NCBI GenBank assembly: GCA_013265495.1
Contig: MU058636.1
Location: 9,446,510-9,500,069, forward strand
DNA length: 53,560 bases
Direction of reading: 5' to 3'
Source of the DNA: Vicugna vicugna
Lineage: Eukaryota
Shown here: piece by piece, positions 11,691 through 25,234 of the stretch
Position numbering within the stretch: position 1 is the stretch's first letter
How the letters are laid out: every line of letters begins with the position of its first letter
Program-made: the position numbers and the translations under genes
The notes under the pieces: generated by a model
The model's input: the letters and a program-made list of their open reading frames with translations, nothing else
Told to the model about the DNA's origin: nothing
Database searches by the model: none

Positions 11691-14413
11691 CTTCATCAAC
11701 AGGTCTACATTTTAAATGCTGGGTTTGCTAATCCATCCACAGTTGACTAAAAGAGTCCCACGAAATCCAGGACAGTCTACACTCCCTGATGTACTGACCT
11801 CAATCTTGCTTACAAAAGAGAGCAAACACTTTTAAATGTGGAATAGATGATACAGAATAATGGGTTGTTTTTCTACCCTGGGACTTCTTGCTTCTTTTAA
11901 AGCGCAAGCATAATTTCATCTCTCTCTTCAGTAAGTTTAGACTGATGTCATTGGTGGGACCACAGTGGTCTAAGGTCAAAGTCTTTTATATCATGGAACA
12001 AAGAAAGAGAGGAACATTTTCAGGCAGCTTTGGATGAAATGGTTTCAAAACCCATTTGGTATTCTCACCCTTTTCTCTTAAAAAAAAACTGAAAAAAGTA
12101 TTACGATTCTTATTTACTAAATGAATTAAACATTCTAATTAAAAAACTTTACAACCAATAAATTCCGCATTTACTGTGTGTGAAATGGGAGTTGGGTTAC
12201 CATTCTCAAATTAATTAAAAAGTTTTAACTTCTACTAAGACTGTTACAGTCTTAATTGTCTGGGGAATGTGGTTTAAGTTCATAATTCCTTCCAAATTCT
12301 AATCTTTATTGAAATGCTTAATCATTATGAGTTCTGCCCATACTAGCCCCTAATTTTAAGAAACAACAAATTCCCCTGCTGACAGAGAGTTCAGAAATGA
12401 TTCTTCTTTGTTTCTTGAGGGTCTCTGCACAATTTGAGGCTTGTCAATATACACGAGGATTAAGTAAAACTTTTTCTAACGGTATTTTTAAAATCCAAGT
12501 ACTTTTTCTAACTGTTAATAACTGTTACTATTTCCTTGGCAGAAGTAAAAATGGAGGGAGTAATGGTTTTCAATAAAGTGACCAAATGCACAAAGAGGTT
12601 TTACAGAGAAAACACACAGCTTAATAGCTCATGTGTTCCTAGAAGGTCTGGATCACCAGCTGTGTTTGCACCTGCTAGGCTGCCCCTCGGCCTTTACATT
12701 ATCAGGGGAGCCTCCTTCAAACTGTTCGCCCGCAGCTCTCTTTGTAACTAATGCAAACCACACCCTCGAAATAGAACTTACTTCCCAAAGCCTCTGGAGT
12801 GTCTGGAGATTATGGTCTGGGCTCCGAGGCAATCTTCAACACGCAGAGTTGACAGCCTGTGCCTGCCAGTGTCGTCTATACCTCAACTTGAACCCCTTTA
12901 GCTGGGTTTGATTCGTGGACCATTCATCCTTTGTGTCTCATTTCTATAGGTAGCAGTTAGTGTTAGCATTATGAGGGGAAAAAGTAAGACTTTGCCATTG
13001 GAGAGAACTGGTCTCAAGGAAGGAAAGAGAGTGTCTACATCCAGAAACTGGGACCCACCTCACCAGGTTCTTTTAACCCATTGAAATTACCGGAGTTCTT
13101 TTATACGCAGGTATAACCCAAGACCTCCTTCAAGAATGGGCTGGTGAAAATCAAGAAAAGTGAGCTTGGTGTTATTTGGGGAAGAAAGAAAATGCCCTCA
13201 GACTTTCAGCAAGGAAGGGGAAGGGAACTTTGTCAAAAGTTAGACAACTTTCGAAAGGCAGCTTGAACGCCTTGGAAGAACTGTATTTTCACTTCCACTG
13301 TGAGAGATACTTGAGGGAGAGAAACATGGTGAGAGGAGGAAAAGGAGGATCTTCCCGGGATGTGGCTGCAAATAACAACTGGAAGCAAGATCAGAATTAC
13401 TGTGAATTCTCCAGTCTGTCTGCCCAGCAGTCCTGAAGTTAGCTGTCCTGAAAGAACTTTTCCTCCTTTCCTACACTGCTGTTCTTGGAAACAGCGATAT
13501 CTCGTCTTTCAATTCTCAAAACTAAGAAACCATTTGGAAACAGAATTGAAAAGGAGTTGTGCTCTTAACATTTCTGTTTTGCCAGGACTATCTTATTCCC
13601 AGTGGTAGCAATATCTCATATCTGTCTATCAGATCGTAAAAAAAACCGAAATTACAAACGCAGAAGTGCCTATTTATTTTCCTGTCATGTCCCCAACAGA
13701 CAGGCTGTCAATCATGGAGAGAAGCCAAAAGATTGAAAGTGGAACCTCCAAATGCACCAGTGCGATGCCTGGATATCATATTTGCTTATTGGTTTAAAAC
13801 TCAATTAGAAAGATGTTTCTAAAATATTTTTCAAAATATAACTAAAAATTTAAAATGACTCTTTAGAGATTTTATTTAATGTTAAATTCATAAACCTTTA
13901 AGCCTTAGGTTATAGGTTCATGTTAGGTTCATAACATCCTAATGGCACACATGCTGTGATGAAACAGATTCCAGCTTTCTGACTGATCCTACATATTGGA
14001 AGAATTTAAAAACCATTCTCAGTGTCATTTAGATGATTTCATTGAGTGAATGACAGGCCACTGTTCCAATTTTTGTTTCATAAGGTATGAAATCAGATGT
14101 TTCATACCAATAATTATCACCATTTCCAAATGAACACTTACTTGGCAACATCCCATGTTAATGGACCGACAAGTTCAAGGTTCCAAGTTCAACCTCACTG
14201 AGAAACAATGGAGAAATGAATGGGGCCATTTTGGAAATTCACAGCTGTCATCTGTTTCTACTTACCCAAAGCAAGCCAATAAAAGGATCTAGGTGGGAGT
14301 GGAGGGTGGAGAAAGGTTGAAAAGTGATTTCAGAATGCTGTAATTTGGAGGCTAGCTATATGAACAAGGCCATTTATATAACATATTTGAATTCTGTTCC
14401 CTTATATGGTAAA

Positions 14414-14415
<2 letters not shown>

Positions 14416-14448
<33 letters not shown>
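14416..14448 (+). repeat. (AC)16 microsatellite
   Basis: Read directly. Confidence 0.97.
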
Positions 14449-14451
<3 letters not shown>

Positions 14452-15924
14452 CCAACCTGAGGAATATGACTGCTCATGAGGACACTCAGGTAGACTAGCT
14501 GTCTGAAAACTTGGCTAGCCCCATAATAGAAAGATGGAGGGAGTACAAACAATCAGCTTGGGTGATTGAGTGACTCATTCATTTTTGCTTAAATCTTCAG
14601 GAGATGACCTCGCCTCACGTCTTGTTTAGGAGATTTTTGTCAGAGATGATCATGGATCAATATCCTCTGGAAAAGTACCAGGAAATGGCAAGGTATGAAA
14701 GCAGTTATGCTGCGATGATGATCTGTATAAATGGCAGCAGACTACATGGTATGTTTTGATGTTAGGTGTTTTTAATTTTAAAAAAAGTGATGCTGGTGTA
14801 TTTCATTTCAAGAAGAAAATACAGTGGGTGACAGCCACAAGTTTCTTATGAAAATAAACATTTTAATCCCCAAAGCTCTCATTCCAGCCACCTTTCCTCA
14901 GCAGTTTAGTTTAGGTCAGGAGCCTCATTTGTGTGGCTTTTGCTGGAGCCAAGGCTCAGTGAAAGGACATTCCACATGCATCATGCTTAGCAGGCCTCTT
15001 ACAACACTCTACCTCAGACACTACACATGCATTTACCTGGCTGGAATATCCTCAACCCTGCACTATGCCAGATGACTTTAGTTAAGTCTTGCTTCAGGAA
15101 TAGTTGAAGCATAGACTTTTCAACCACACAATGAAATGAAATATTCCAAGTTATACAGACTATAAGCAGAAAGTTCAGCCTACATGGGATTTCACAAGTT
15201 TCTATAGCTGAGCATTAGATCATAAAGCACCATCATGTCTCTTCTTTTATTTCCCTTAATTATCCCATGTTCCAGGGGTAAACAGCAGTTCATCTGTTCT
15301 CTCCATAAGACAGAAACCCTTAGTACTGAACACATTTTCAAAGTATCAGGTGTCAAAATGTCTGTCCTCTCCCTGTCTGACAATTAGTCTGCTCTCTCAT
15401 CCATCGCTGCTGTGGGGAAACTCTACACTCCTGGGTCACTGATGTGTGCATTTGGTTAAAGTCTTTCCCCTGTTTTACAAACTGGACTGTCAATGTGAAC
15501 GTGTAACCACTACCTTCTATATAATCGTACAGATTGATCCTGGCTAAATGGGGTGGGTCAGAAGAACAGACCTTTGGAAGACAAGTCACAACCGAGTTGA
15601 CAATACTTAGGTTACAGGTTGGATCCAGACCTCAGGTGGATAGCAGCTATTCTTCAGAAAGTCCACAGAGGTGGAACTAATCTAGATACCTCATGCAAGT
15701 GAAATCAGATTGGCTTAGTTTTAAAAGCTTCAAGCAGAATAATATTTATCTATCTCAGGAAATAAGCATATCTGGCTAATCAGGTTGCCTTTTACATGTG
15801 GTTCTCTCTTTTTTTTTTTTTTTGGCTTGAATAACTCTGAATAGAAAAAAAAGGTCCTCACTTTTTGCTCTAAAATGATTACAAATCTATTTGGTTTATT
15901 CTGTAAGCCTTTCCTTTTCCAGAT

Positions 15925-16565
15925 AACCCATTTGCTATGCCTGTCATATACCAGATACTCTGCTAGGCAGACTCGGAGGATAAAATGGTGAGCCAGACAG
16001 ACCACAGTCCCCAACACCACGCAGCTACGGTACAGTGGGAGAAGCAGACAGCGGAGAATTCAAACACTCTCACAAAGGCTCTGATAGGAGAAAGGCAGGG
16101 TGCTTCAAGGCATGCAAAGGAGAAGCATCAAACTCAGCTTGGTAAAAGGAAAGCTTCTGGGGAAAAATAACATATCAGCTGAGACATGGAAGATGACGCG
16201 TACGCACTAGGAGGTGCGGAAGAGTGATTCCAGGCGCAGGGGAGGGCGTCTGTGAAAAAGACCTGAAGGAGTTTCAGTGATGAGTCAAACATGAGAAAGG
16301 GACTAGAGAGAGAAGCGATAAAGCGGGAGCAGGGCGCACTTGACCTTCTGTAAGTCACGTTGATTAGTCTGCGTTCTTTTTCCAAAGCCGTGAGGAGTTG
16401 TAGAAGGAGTCTATGCAATACTGGGCCATGATTCTATTTTAGAACGCTCATGCTGGCTAGAACTGGATTAGAAGTGGGAGAAACTGGACTAGGTAAAACC
16501 AGCTGGAGGATTATAGCTGGCATCGAGGGATGACGGTGGCATGAGCTACAGGAAAGGTGGTGGGA
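15925..16565 (-). mobile_element. L2 LINE fragment
   Basis: tataccagatactctgctaggc..gataaaatggtgagccagacagaccacagtccc..agtgattccaggcgcagggg..gattctattttagaacgctcatgctggct..gatgacggtggcatgagcta, antisense L2. Confidence 0.8.
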
Positions 16566-17500
16566 GGGAAGTAAATAAAATCTTCTTTATGTTGAGTTCC
16601 TGTAAACCAGTATAAATAAATACAGGAATAAATATTTTAAAGAGTATATGCAAAATAGTTTTATACAATTATGGTTGTTCCTAAAGGGTTCATGCATTCA
16701 AATGAAAAAATACGCACGAATTATGTGAAATTAGATGATAACATGAAAGGGCTTTTCAGAATAGTTTGATCTTAGATTTTGGAAAGTCAATGAAAATTAG
16801 AGAAAGTAGATTTCCATCTTAGCATCTCAATCCCACAATTTGGAGCATTAAATTGCATTTAAGTAAATGCAAGTTGTGAAAATGAGAAACACCAAGTAGT
16901 CATGGAGAGACTGCCAAATAAAGCTGTCAACAATCACACTATGAGCTCAGCCTCATCACGCTGATAATAATAATTTGGTCTGTGAAGGATCTATATTGTG
17001 TGACTATGACGTACAAGGGCACATGAGTCAAAGAGATTGCAAAGTGCAGCCCCAGAAAAATTAATTTCTTTATGTGCCAGGCACATAAATAGGCAGTGAG
17101 AAATCCAAGTTAAAATTATGGGGGTTTTTACAAAGTTAAAAGAGTGTTATTACAATTTTTCAAAATGATGAAAACGTCCTGTATGAAACCTATAATTTCA
17201 GAGATCTGGAATCTACATGGCTGTAACATCTCACTTCTGTCTTTAAACGAATATGAAACTGAGAGGCAGGGCACCATACATTGCTAGACTATTTCCCAGA
17301 GCTCTTAAAAGTAACAGGGCAAAGTATCTTTGCATTTTTTGACTGCTAAAGTTACAGTTTTATTTTGTATCCTTAAATTGTTTTAGACAGATTTACTAAG
17401 TATAAATGACACACAGTAAATTCTACATATTTAAAGTGTGCAATTTGATAAACTTAGGCATGTGTATCTATCCATGAAACCGTGGCCACAATCAAGATAA

Positions 17501-18076
17501 CAAACCCCCTATGTCCATCAACGAATGACTGGACAAAGAAGATGTGGTATATTTATACAATGGAATCCTATTCAGCCATAAAAACCAACAACGTAACGCC
17601 ATTTGCAGCAACATGGATGCTCCTGGAGAAGGTCATTCTAAGTGAAGTAAGCCAGAAAGAGAAAGAAAAATACCATATAAGATCGCTCCTATGTGGAATC
17701 TAAAAAACAAAAACAAAAACAAAAAAACAAAACATAAATACAAAACAGAAATAGACTCATAGACATAGAATACAAACTTGTGATTGCCAAGGGGGCAGAG
17801 GGTGGGAAGGGATAGATGGGATTTCAAAACTGTAGAACAGATCAACAAGATTATACTGTATAGCACAGGGAAATATACACAAGATCTTATGGTAGCTCAC
17901 AGAGAAAAAAATGTGACAATGAATATATATGTGTTCATGTATAACTGAAAAACTGTGCCCTACACTGGAATTTGACACAACATTGTAAAATGATTATAAT
18001 GCAATAAAAAATGTTAAAAAATAAAAATAAAAAATAATATTAAATATTAAGTATTACAAAATAAAGAAAAAAAAAA
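17501..18076 (+). mobile_element. Younger 5'-truncated lineage-specific L1 (ORF2 C-terminus, 3'UTR, polyA) nested antisense in the old L1M
   Basis: ORF 17482-17703 reads CPSTNDWTKKMWYIYTMESYSAIK..PFAATWMLLEKVILSEVSQKEKEKYH, the L1 ORF2 C-terminus; AATAAA near 18003 and an A-rich tail to 18076. Confidence 0.95.
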
Positions 18077-20867
18077 CTCTCTGAAGTTTCCCCATGCCCC
18101 TCTGTAACCCCTCCCTTTTATCCCCGCCAGCCTCTCCTTCCGCAGACAACCACTGACTGGCTTTCAGTCATTACAGGTTAGTTTATATTCTCTACAGGTT
18201 TATATAAAAGGATTCATACAGGGTGAATGCTTTGTCTGGCTTCTTTCACTCAGCATAATTATATTAAGATTCATCCATGCTTTAGCACATATCAGCAGCT
18301 CATTCCTTTTTATTGTTGAGTCATTGTCCATTGTATGGATATACCACAATTTGCTTATCAATTCATCTTTTTATAATATTTGTATTGCTTTCATTTTTTT
18401 ACTGTTACACACAAAGCTGCTACTGGCACTTGTATACCATCTAAGTATCGACTTAATAGTTCTTTTTCTTATGGGAAAATACCTAAGAGTGGGCTGGCTG
18501 GTCAAATGATAGGTGTGTGTTTAACTTTTGAAGTGTGTGTCAAACAATTTTCCAGACCGACTTTACCGTTTTTTTTCTCCACCAGCAGTGTATGAGAATT
18601 TCAGTTCATTCACATCCTCACTCACACTTCGTGTAGTCCATCTTTTTAATTTTAGCCATTCTAATAGTTGTGTAGTGGTATCTCATTGTGGTTTTGATAC
18701 GCATTTGATTTGACTTTCAACTATACTTTCTCTACTGAATTGTCTTTATACCTTTGTCAAAAATCAGTTGTCCAGGTATGTGATTGTTGCTAATACATGA
18801 AGACACAATCAACTTTTGTATGGCGATCTTGCACCCTGTAACTTTGCTAAATTTATTTATTAGTTTTAGAAGCTTTTGGGGGGTTTCCTCTGATTTTCTG
18901 CATGAACGTACATGATAGCTGAGAATAAAGACATTTTCTTTCAACCTCTCTAATCTGCATGCTTTGTGTTTCTTTTTCTTACTTTATTGCACTGGTTAGA
19001 ACTTCTAGTTCAATGTTGGATGAAAGGGGGGAGAGAGGACATCCTTGCCTTACTCCTGATCTTCAGGGGAAGTACTCAGTCTTTCACCATTAAGAATGAT
19101 GTTAGAAATAAGTTTTCCACAGATGCCATCAAGCTGTGGAAGTTCCATTCTATCCCTAGTTTGCTGAGAGTTTTTATCAGATACGGATGTTGGATTCTGT
19201 CAAACGCTTTTACTGCACTGAATGAAATAATCATATGCTTTAATTTTTAAAATTTTTAAAAATATAGTGATTTATATTGGTTGATATTTTTATGTTATCC
19301 CAGCCCTGCATTACTAGAATGAATCTACTTGTTCCTGATAGATTATACATTTTACATATTGTTGGATACGATTGGCTAAAATTTTTAAAGAACTTTGGCA
19401 CTTATGTTCATGAGGGACAGCGAACTTTATTCTTTTTTTTCTAAAATCTCTGTCAGGTCATATAGTTAAGGGTGGCCTTGTAGTAAGAATACTTTCTGGG
19501 AAGTATTGTCTCCTATTCAATTTTCTGGAAGAAATTTGTAGAATTAATATTATTTCTCCCTAATAGTTGGTAGAATTTGCCAAAGATGTCAAATGGGTCT
19601 GGAGTTTTCTTATAGAAAAAGCATCTGTCTACCAATTTGTTAAAAAAAGATACATGGCTATAACCTTTACTCTTTCTCCTTTGGTTGTCTGTGTTTTTTC
19701 AAGGAATTTTCCACTTTTATCGAAGTTGTCAAATTTACTGGTATTCAGCAATCCATCATATTTCCTTATTATCCTGTTAAGATCTATAGAATCTGTAGTG
19801 ATACCACCTCTCTCGTTACTGATATTTGTAATTAGCGTCTTCCTTCCTTTCCCCACCGGCTCAGTCTGGCTAGAGCTTTATTAATTTTATTGATCTTCTC
19901 AGAGAAACAGCTTTTGATTTCAGTGATTTTTCTCTACTGTTTTGTCTGTTTCGTAGTTCATTGATTTCCACTCTGATGTTTATTATTTCTTTTCTTTACT
20001 TTGGATTTTATTTAATCTCTCTCTTTTCTTTTCGGCTTTTAAAGTAGAAGTGGAGTCACTGATTTGAGACATTTCTGTTCTCATAGAGCAATACGCAGAC
20101 TAAATTTCCCTCTAAATACTGCTCTAGCAGCATTTTACACATATTTATATATTTGCCTTTATTTTCATTCAGTTCAAAATACTTCTAATTTCCCTTTCCT
20201 TTTCTTCTTAACTTATGGGTTATTTAGAAATGCCTTATTTATTTTTAAATGATTATTTATTTCTAAGTTAACCATTCTAGTCAAACAACATATATCACAT
20301 GACTTGAACTTTTTAAAATTAATTCAGACTGATTTAATTGTCTGGAATATGATCTATCTTGGTAAATGTTCCTTTTGCACTTGAAAAACTTGTGCATTCT
20401 GCTGTTGTTGGGTAGTGTTCTGAAAATGTCAATGAGGTCAAGTTGGTTGACAGTGTTGTTCAAGTCCTCCACATCCTTATTGGTTTTCTTTCTAACTGTT
20501 CTCTTAATTATTGAGATGGGTATAGAAATATCTGACTACAGTTGTGGCTTTGTCTATTTCTCCTTCCAGGTCTACCATTTTCTGCCTCATGTATTTTGAA
20601 GTGCAGAAGTGTTATTAGGTGCTTAAGTATTTAGGACTGCTAAGTCATCCTGATGAATTGAGGCTTCTATCATTAGAAAGTGATCTTCTTGCTCCCCGAT
20701 AACATTCTTTGCTCTGAAATCTACTTTGTCCACTATAAATATATCCACTCCAGCCTTCTTGTGATTAGTGTAAGCATAGTATATCTTTTCTTATCCTTTT
20801 ATTTTTAACCCATCTGTGCCTTTATATTTAAAGTACATTTCTTGTGGGCACCATATAACTGCATCTT

Positions 20868-21041
20868 TTTGTTGTTGTTTGGGTTTTTTATTAAAGTATA
20901 GTCAGTTTACATTGTTGTGTCAATTTCTGGTGTACAGCATAATGTTTCAGTCATACATGTACATACATATGTTCTTTTTCATTATACGTTACTACAAGAT
21001 ATTGAATATAGTTCTCTGTGCTATCCAGTAGAAACGTGTTG
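20868..21041 (-). mobile_element. Short 3' fragment of the same L1 family as 462-826, inserted in the old L1M
   Basis: ttaaagtatagtcagtttacattgttgtgtcaatttctggtgtacagcataatgtttcagtcatac; degenerate TSD taactgcatctt (20856-20867) / taattccatctt (21042-21053). Confidence 0.88.
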
Positions 21042-21149
21042 TAATTCCATCTTATTTTTATCCAGTCTGATTATCTTTGCCTTGTGTTTGGGGCGTTTAA
21101 AACATTTATATCTAATGTGATTACCGATACTAGTTTTTCTATATCTTTT

Positions 21150-22460
21150 TGTGGCAAAACTCTTCAAAAGAATGGTTGTAGACTCATTGTCTCCAAGTCC
21201 CCTTCTCCCAGTCTCTTTCAAGCCTGCTTCCTTATGGCTCTTATTCCTACCACTGAAACAGCTCTGTCTTGCTAAATCGGTTCAGTTCTCAATCCATTAT
21301 GCGTGATCTCTCTGCAGCTTGGAACACAGGTGATCACTGTCTCCTTGAGATATATTCTTGATTTGGCTTATAGGACACCATATCCCACCTTGCACTCACT
21401 GGACAACAATGACTACTCTTGCTAGAGTCTTTGCTCTCCAGCTATCACCTCAACTCCCTAACTTTAGAATGCCCTAGAGCTCAGTCCTTGCACATCTTCT
21501 CTAACAACATTCATTTCTTAGTGCCTCAGCTGTCTTATGGATTTAAATACTACCTGCAGTGGATGCTGGGAGTACCTCCCTGACCCTCTGCTCTTTAGGG
21601 CTGAAACACTTCCACTACTGCTGGGAGTACTGATAGTTGATATCTCAAAGGGGTTGCCTTCAGGTCAAGAGAGTTGATTCATTCAAGGTCACACTCTTGG
21701 GCATCAACGATTGGTGAATGAAGTTAAGGGTATAAACTGGACTCTGCAGGGTGGTTCCAACTCCAGAGCTCCCCTTGGGATTGATGAAAGCATTTAGTTG
21801 TGATCTTATTGCAGCCCTCACTTTTCTCTCTGCACAATCCTGCTTCCTTAACTCCTCACAGTTATTGATCCCAAGAGTACTTGTCAATAAACTTCTGGTG
21901 GAACTCTTCATCTCTGCTTCCTAGGAAAGTTGACCTATGTCATCATCTACATGCTGGCACCTAAAAAATTTTACTTCTAGCACATTATCTGTTGTCCAAG
22001 CCCTAAGATTGAAGGAGACATCTTTCATCTCAAATGTTTTCATCTTTTCTTATCACTTCGACGTCCAATAAAAATCTCAAACCTAACATCTAAAACTGAA
22101 TACTTGATCTACACAACCCCCATCACTCAAACATCACACACATAGTCTCCCCCATCTAAGTTTATGGGAAGGTCAGCCTCCCAGTTACTTATTATATAAG
22201 CCAAAAGCCCTGGAGATATTTTTGGTGGCCTTCTCTCATATTCCACATCAAATCTGTCAACAAACATGTTGGCTCTATTATCAAAATATTTAACCATTTC
22301 TCACCCCTTCCAAGAATCACTCTGGCCCAAACTACCATTATCTCTCACCTGAATTAACTACAGTGCCCTCCAACTTATTTCCTCGAGTCATATCATGGCC
22401 AGGAGATATTTTAGAAAGAGCGACCTGGACCGATGGTGTGGTGATGCTCTCAAACCCCAT
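21150..22460 (+). mobile_element. L2 LINE (RT region to 3' part), split by an LTR
   Basis: gatctctctgcagcttggaacacaggtgatcac resembles DLSAAFDTVDH; aatgccctagagctcagtccttg resembles GVPQGSVLG; the element resumes at 21943 with catctacatgctg (YADD-like region). Confidence 0.8.
21555..21942 (+). mobile_element. ERVL solo LTR (LTR16-like) inserted in L2
   Basis: TG...CA ends; ctccagagctcccc..tcctgcttcctt..gttattgatcccaagagtac..caataaacttc..catctctgcttcctaggaa is characteristic of the LTR16 group; AATAAA at 21886. Confidence 0.8.
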
Positions 22461-23309
22461 AAAGAGAAGGCGAATATAACAGGTGGGGAAGGGGGACTGG
22501 CTTGAAGACAAAATTTGCCAACTTCATAATTTTCTCTCTGGTTGACTGAAACCAGAGCTCCAGGGAGAATATTACACACTCCTAGTTCACAAAGAGAACG
22601 CAAGTGCCTGGACCCTTTCTTTAATTTTATTTACAATCTCCAGCTACACTCCTCTCGGTGCTTAATATCTGCTTGATTAAATGCATTGGTTATTAGGCTC
22701 TCAATCAGGAGGCAAAGAGAGCCTAAAAAATGCCTGAGACCTCCACAACCACAGGGATACAAAATATGTCTAAAGTAGCAATTTGTAGACCCAGGGTACT
22801 TTGTTTTATGCATTTTTTCCCCAGTTCAAGTTTTTAACATAGGAGGAAAAAAAATCCCCTTCTTAACACACCGTGTTTAAATGTTCTCATTTATCAAATT
22901 TAGGGTTCCTGAAAAAACAAATAAAGACTTCTTTCAGTAAATATCGAATTATTTACTGAATAAATGGCTGGGGGCGAGAACAGAGTCTTTTAAAAAATAA
23001 TAGTTACAATTAGAAAGTTTGAATATTTCAAAAAGTACATCATTCAATCGTTTAAAATGTTGTATCTCTACGAATCCTCTATTTCTTATTGGGAAACATA
23101 TCTCTAAGTATTCAGAAATGATGAATTAAGTTCATAGTGTAAGAAGCTCTTGGGTTAATTTTAAGAAAAAACACATGGTTTCCATGTGGAGAGAAACTTT
23201 CTGGAAAGATTCACATTTAAAATACCACTTTAATCAAAACTTTGGAAATGCTAAAGGGTCTGTGTGGGCGTTGACTGGTTACAAAAGATGGTGAAGTCAC
23301 GGAAGCCTT

Positions 23310-23406
23310 CGGCTGAGACTCAGAGATGGAACTGACCCGGGATCCACTGCTGCTGAGCTGTGTGTCTTGGCCCACGTGCATTTATCCTTCCTGACCTCAG
23401 CAGCTC

Positions 23407-23438
<32 letters not shown>

Positions 23439-23500
23439 TGTAACACTGGGAAGGTTAGACTTAAACATCTTGGAGGTTTCTTCAGGCTCTGAAATTCTAC
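23310..23500 (+). mobile_element. MIR-family SINE containing a (TG)n expansion
   Basis: gctgtgtgtcttggccc..ttatccttcctgacctcag..(TG)n..gttagactta..ggtttcttcaggctctgaaattcta. Confidence 0.6.
23407..23441 (+). repeat. (TG)n microsatellite with one interruption
   Basis: Read directly. Confidence 0.95.
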
Positions 23501-23539
23501 TGGTAATGTCTCTTCTTGCTTTGCGAATTTCTGCCTTGT

Positions 23540-23790
23540 CGCCCTCTTGGACTTCTCTGCATCACTGGCACGACTGACAACAGTCTCCTTCTGAAAAGTC
23601 CTTCCTTGGCTTTTACTGGGAGGGTAACTCTGGGTCCCATTCCACAGACTTTGCCCTCAGTCACGGCCAGCCCTCAAGGTGGAGTTCCTGAACTGCCCCT
23701 CACCCCACGATTAAATAGCCGAGCATTCCGAGTGTCTGCCGTAGTACCTTGACTTCAATAACTCACAGATCTCCATCTCTAGGCCTAATG
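23540..23790 (+). mobile_element. Degenerate L2 fragment
   Basis: cttggacttctctgcatcactggcacgactgacaac..ctccttctgaaaa..tccttggc and actcacagatctccatctctagg. Confidence 0.55.
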
Positions 23791-25069
23791 CTGTCACATC
23801 GCATGATGAAAAAGAATTATGGGAATGGATTTGGGGATTTAATGATACTTGGGGATGTTTTTTCACTCAGGGCATCGTAAAGACCTGTTGACAACAACTT
23901 CCCCAATTTCACAGATTATAAAACATAAGATGAGAGAGGTCAGATGAATTCCCCATCCAGCTACTAAGTTAGACCTTATCAAAACCAACAGGAGAGTGCC
24001 CGGAGCAGATTTCAACACACTTTTGTTAAAGTATTCTTTGGGATCCTGCCAGGTGGGGTATTAAAAGAGACAAATAATCAGAGTAGGGACTCAGGGGGCA
24101 GTGGTTACCTAATACTTGCTTTTCATAATTTCCTTGAGAACCTTTTCCCAAGAGTTATCCAATTGCCCAGTAAGGACACACATATTTGCAGCAGAATAAA
24201 ACAAACAAAAAGTGGTGCAGCTAGAACAACCTGGCCCCTCCAAGTGGCCGCTCAGAGTCCTTCAGGGAGACCTGCGGCCTTGGAGGACATCAAAGCGTGT
24301 TTGAAACAGAAACAGCTTCTCCAAAATGGGTCTTCAAAGACGGCAAAGTGCTGCAGAGCAGCTTTAAATTCCGGCTTTACTTGATGGTGCTTTAAGTCCA
24401 ACAGATGGAGCTTCGTGATTAGCATCACATTTGCATTTTCCTCACCACAAAAAAAGAGCTAATAATCTTAGAAGGAGAATTAAAAAGCATCATTCCATCA
24501 TATTTTTATCGCTCTTACTTATAATTTGTAGGCCAAGTCCTCTTTACGGTCCCTAGTCCTTCCAAACTTCTCCTAAAGATGAGAAAATGTGCAAATTAAA
24601 TAAGCAGGTAGTTAGGAACACAGACTTGAAAATGACTTTAGGACTAGAATTAGCTGGAAGGCCCTGAAAGTGGAAAAAGTACAGAGATTCAGATACAACT
24701 TTAAGCCCATCAGTGCGATTTCCTCCAACAGAGTGGGCTGGTTTAATCTCTGTGTACATTTCCGTGAGACCCCCATCCTCTCTTTGTGCTGTTATGCTCA
24801 CCACTCAGAACCACTTAGTTTAAAGATGCTATCAAATTAATGAAGCCATTGAACAAGTTGCCCTCCCAGGCAAGCTCTCCTGGCTCAAGACAGCGAGCGG
24901 CACAAGAAACGTCTTGCCCAAAGTACTCCGGTAAAGTGGCAAGCCAGGATTTTCATTTAGGTCCTGACCAGCACCAAATTTCATGATCATAATCGGTGCG
25001 CCATTTTGACCTGCCAACTCCATGCAATACTTCTGCCCTGGTGGTGGCTTGGCTCTGAGTCGTTCACCC

Positions 25070-25234
25070 CCAGTCCTCTGAAATCAATAGTGTAACTTTG
25101 CAAGTCACCCGAATAGGGGTTGGGAGTGTAATCAATGACCGTGAAACAGAGAAGGGAAACTGGTCCACAGGGAAACTAAACCCTTGACCTTAAGCTCTTG
25201 AGGGCGGATTTCTAACCAATTCAGTTAATTAGCC
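25070..25234 (-). mobile_element. Ancient tRNA-headed SINE (MamSINE1-like)
   Basis: Minus-strand head ggctaattaactgaattggttaga..aaggtcaagggtttagtttccctgtggaccagtt, with degenerate A and B boxes. Confidence 0.5.

Larger units (their letters stand above)
17378..21130 (-). mobile_element. Old, internally deleted L1M element (3'UTR plus decayed ORF2 back to the endonuclease N-terminus), interrupted by two younger L1 insertions
   Basis: ORF-track remnants 'QKLLKLINKFSKVTGCKIAIQK', 'ITNISNERGGITTDSIDLNRIIRKY..KFDNFD' and 'EDLNNTVNQLDLIDIFRTL' are L1 ORF2; near 21060-21130 the minus strand reads SVITLDINVLNAP, similar to the EN start ITILTLNVNGLNAP. Confidence 0.92.

Noticed and set aside
17482..20599. 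Several ORFs resembling a reverse transcriptase/endonuclease protein
   Set aside because: They are decayed or truncated L1 ORF2 remnants, not a host gene or an active element.
22872..22908. Possible 37-nt minus-strand exon with a strong acceptor
   Set aside because: The donor ACG|gtgtgt is weak; indistinguishable from a pseudo-exon.
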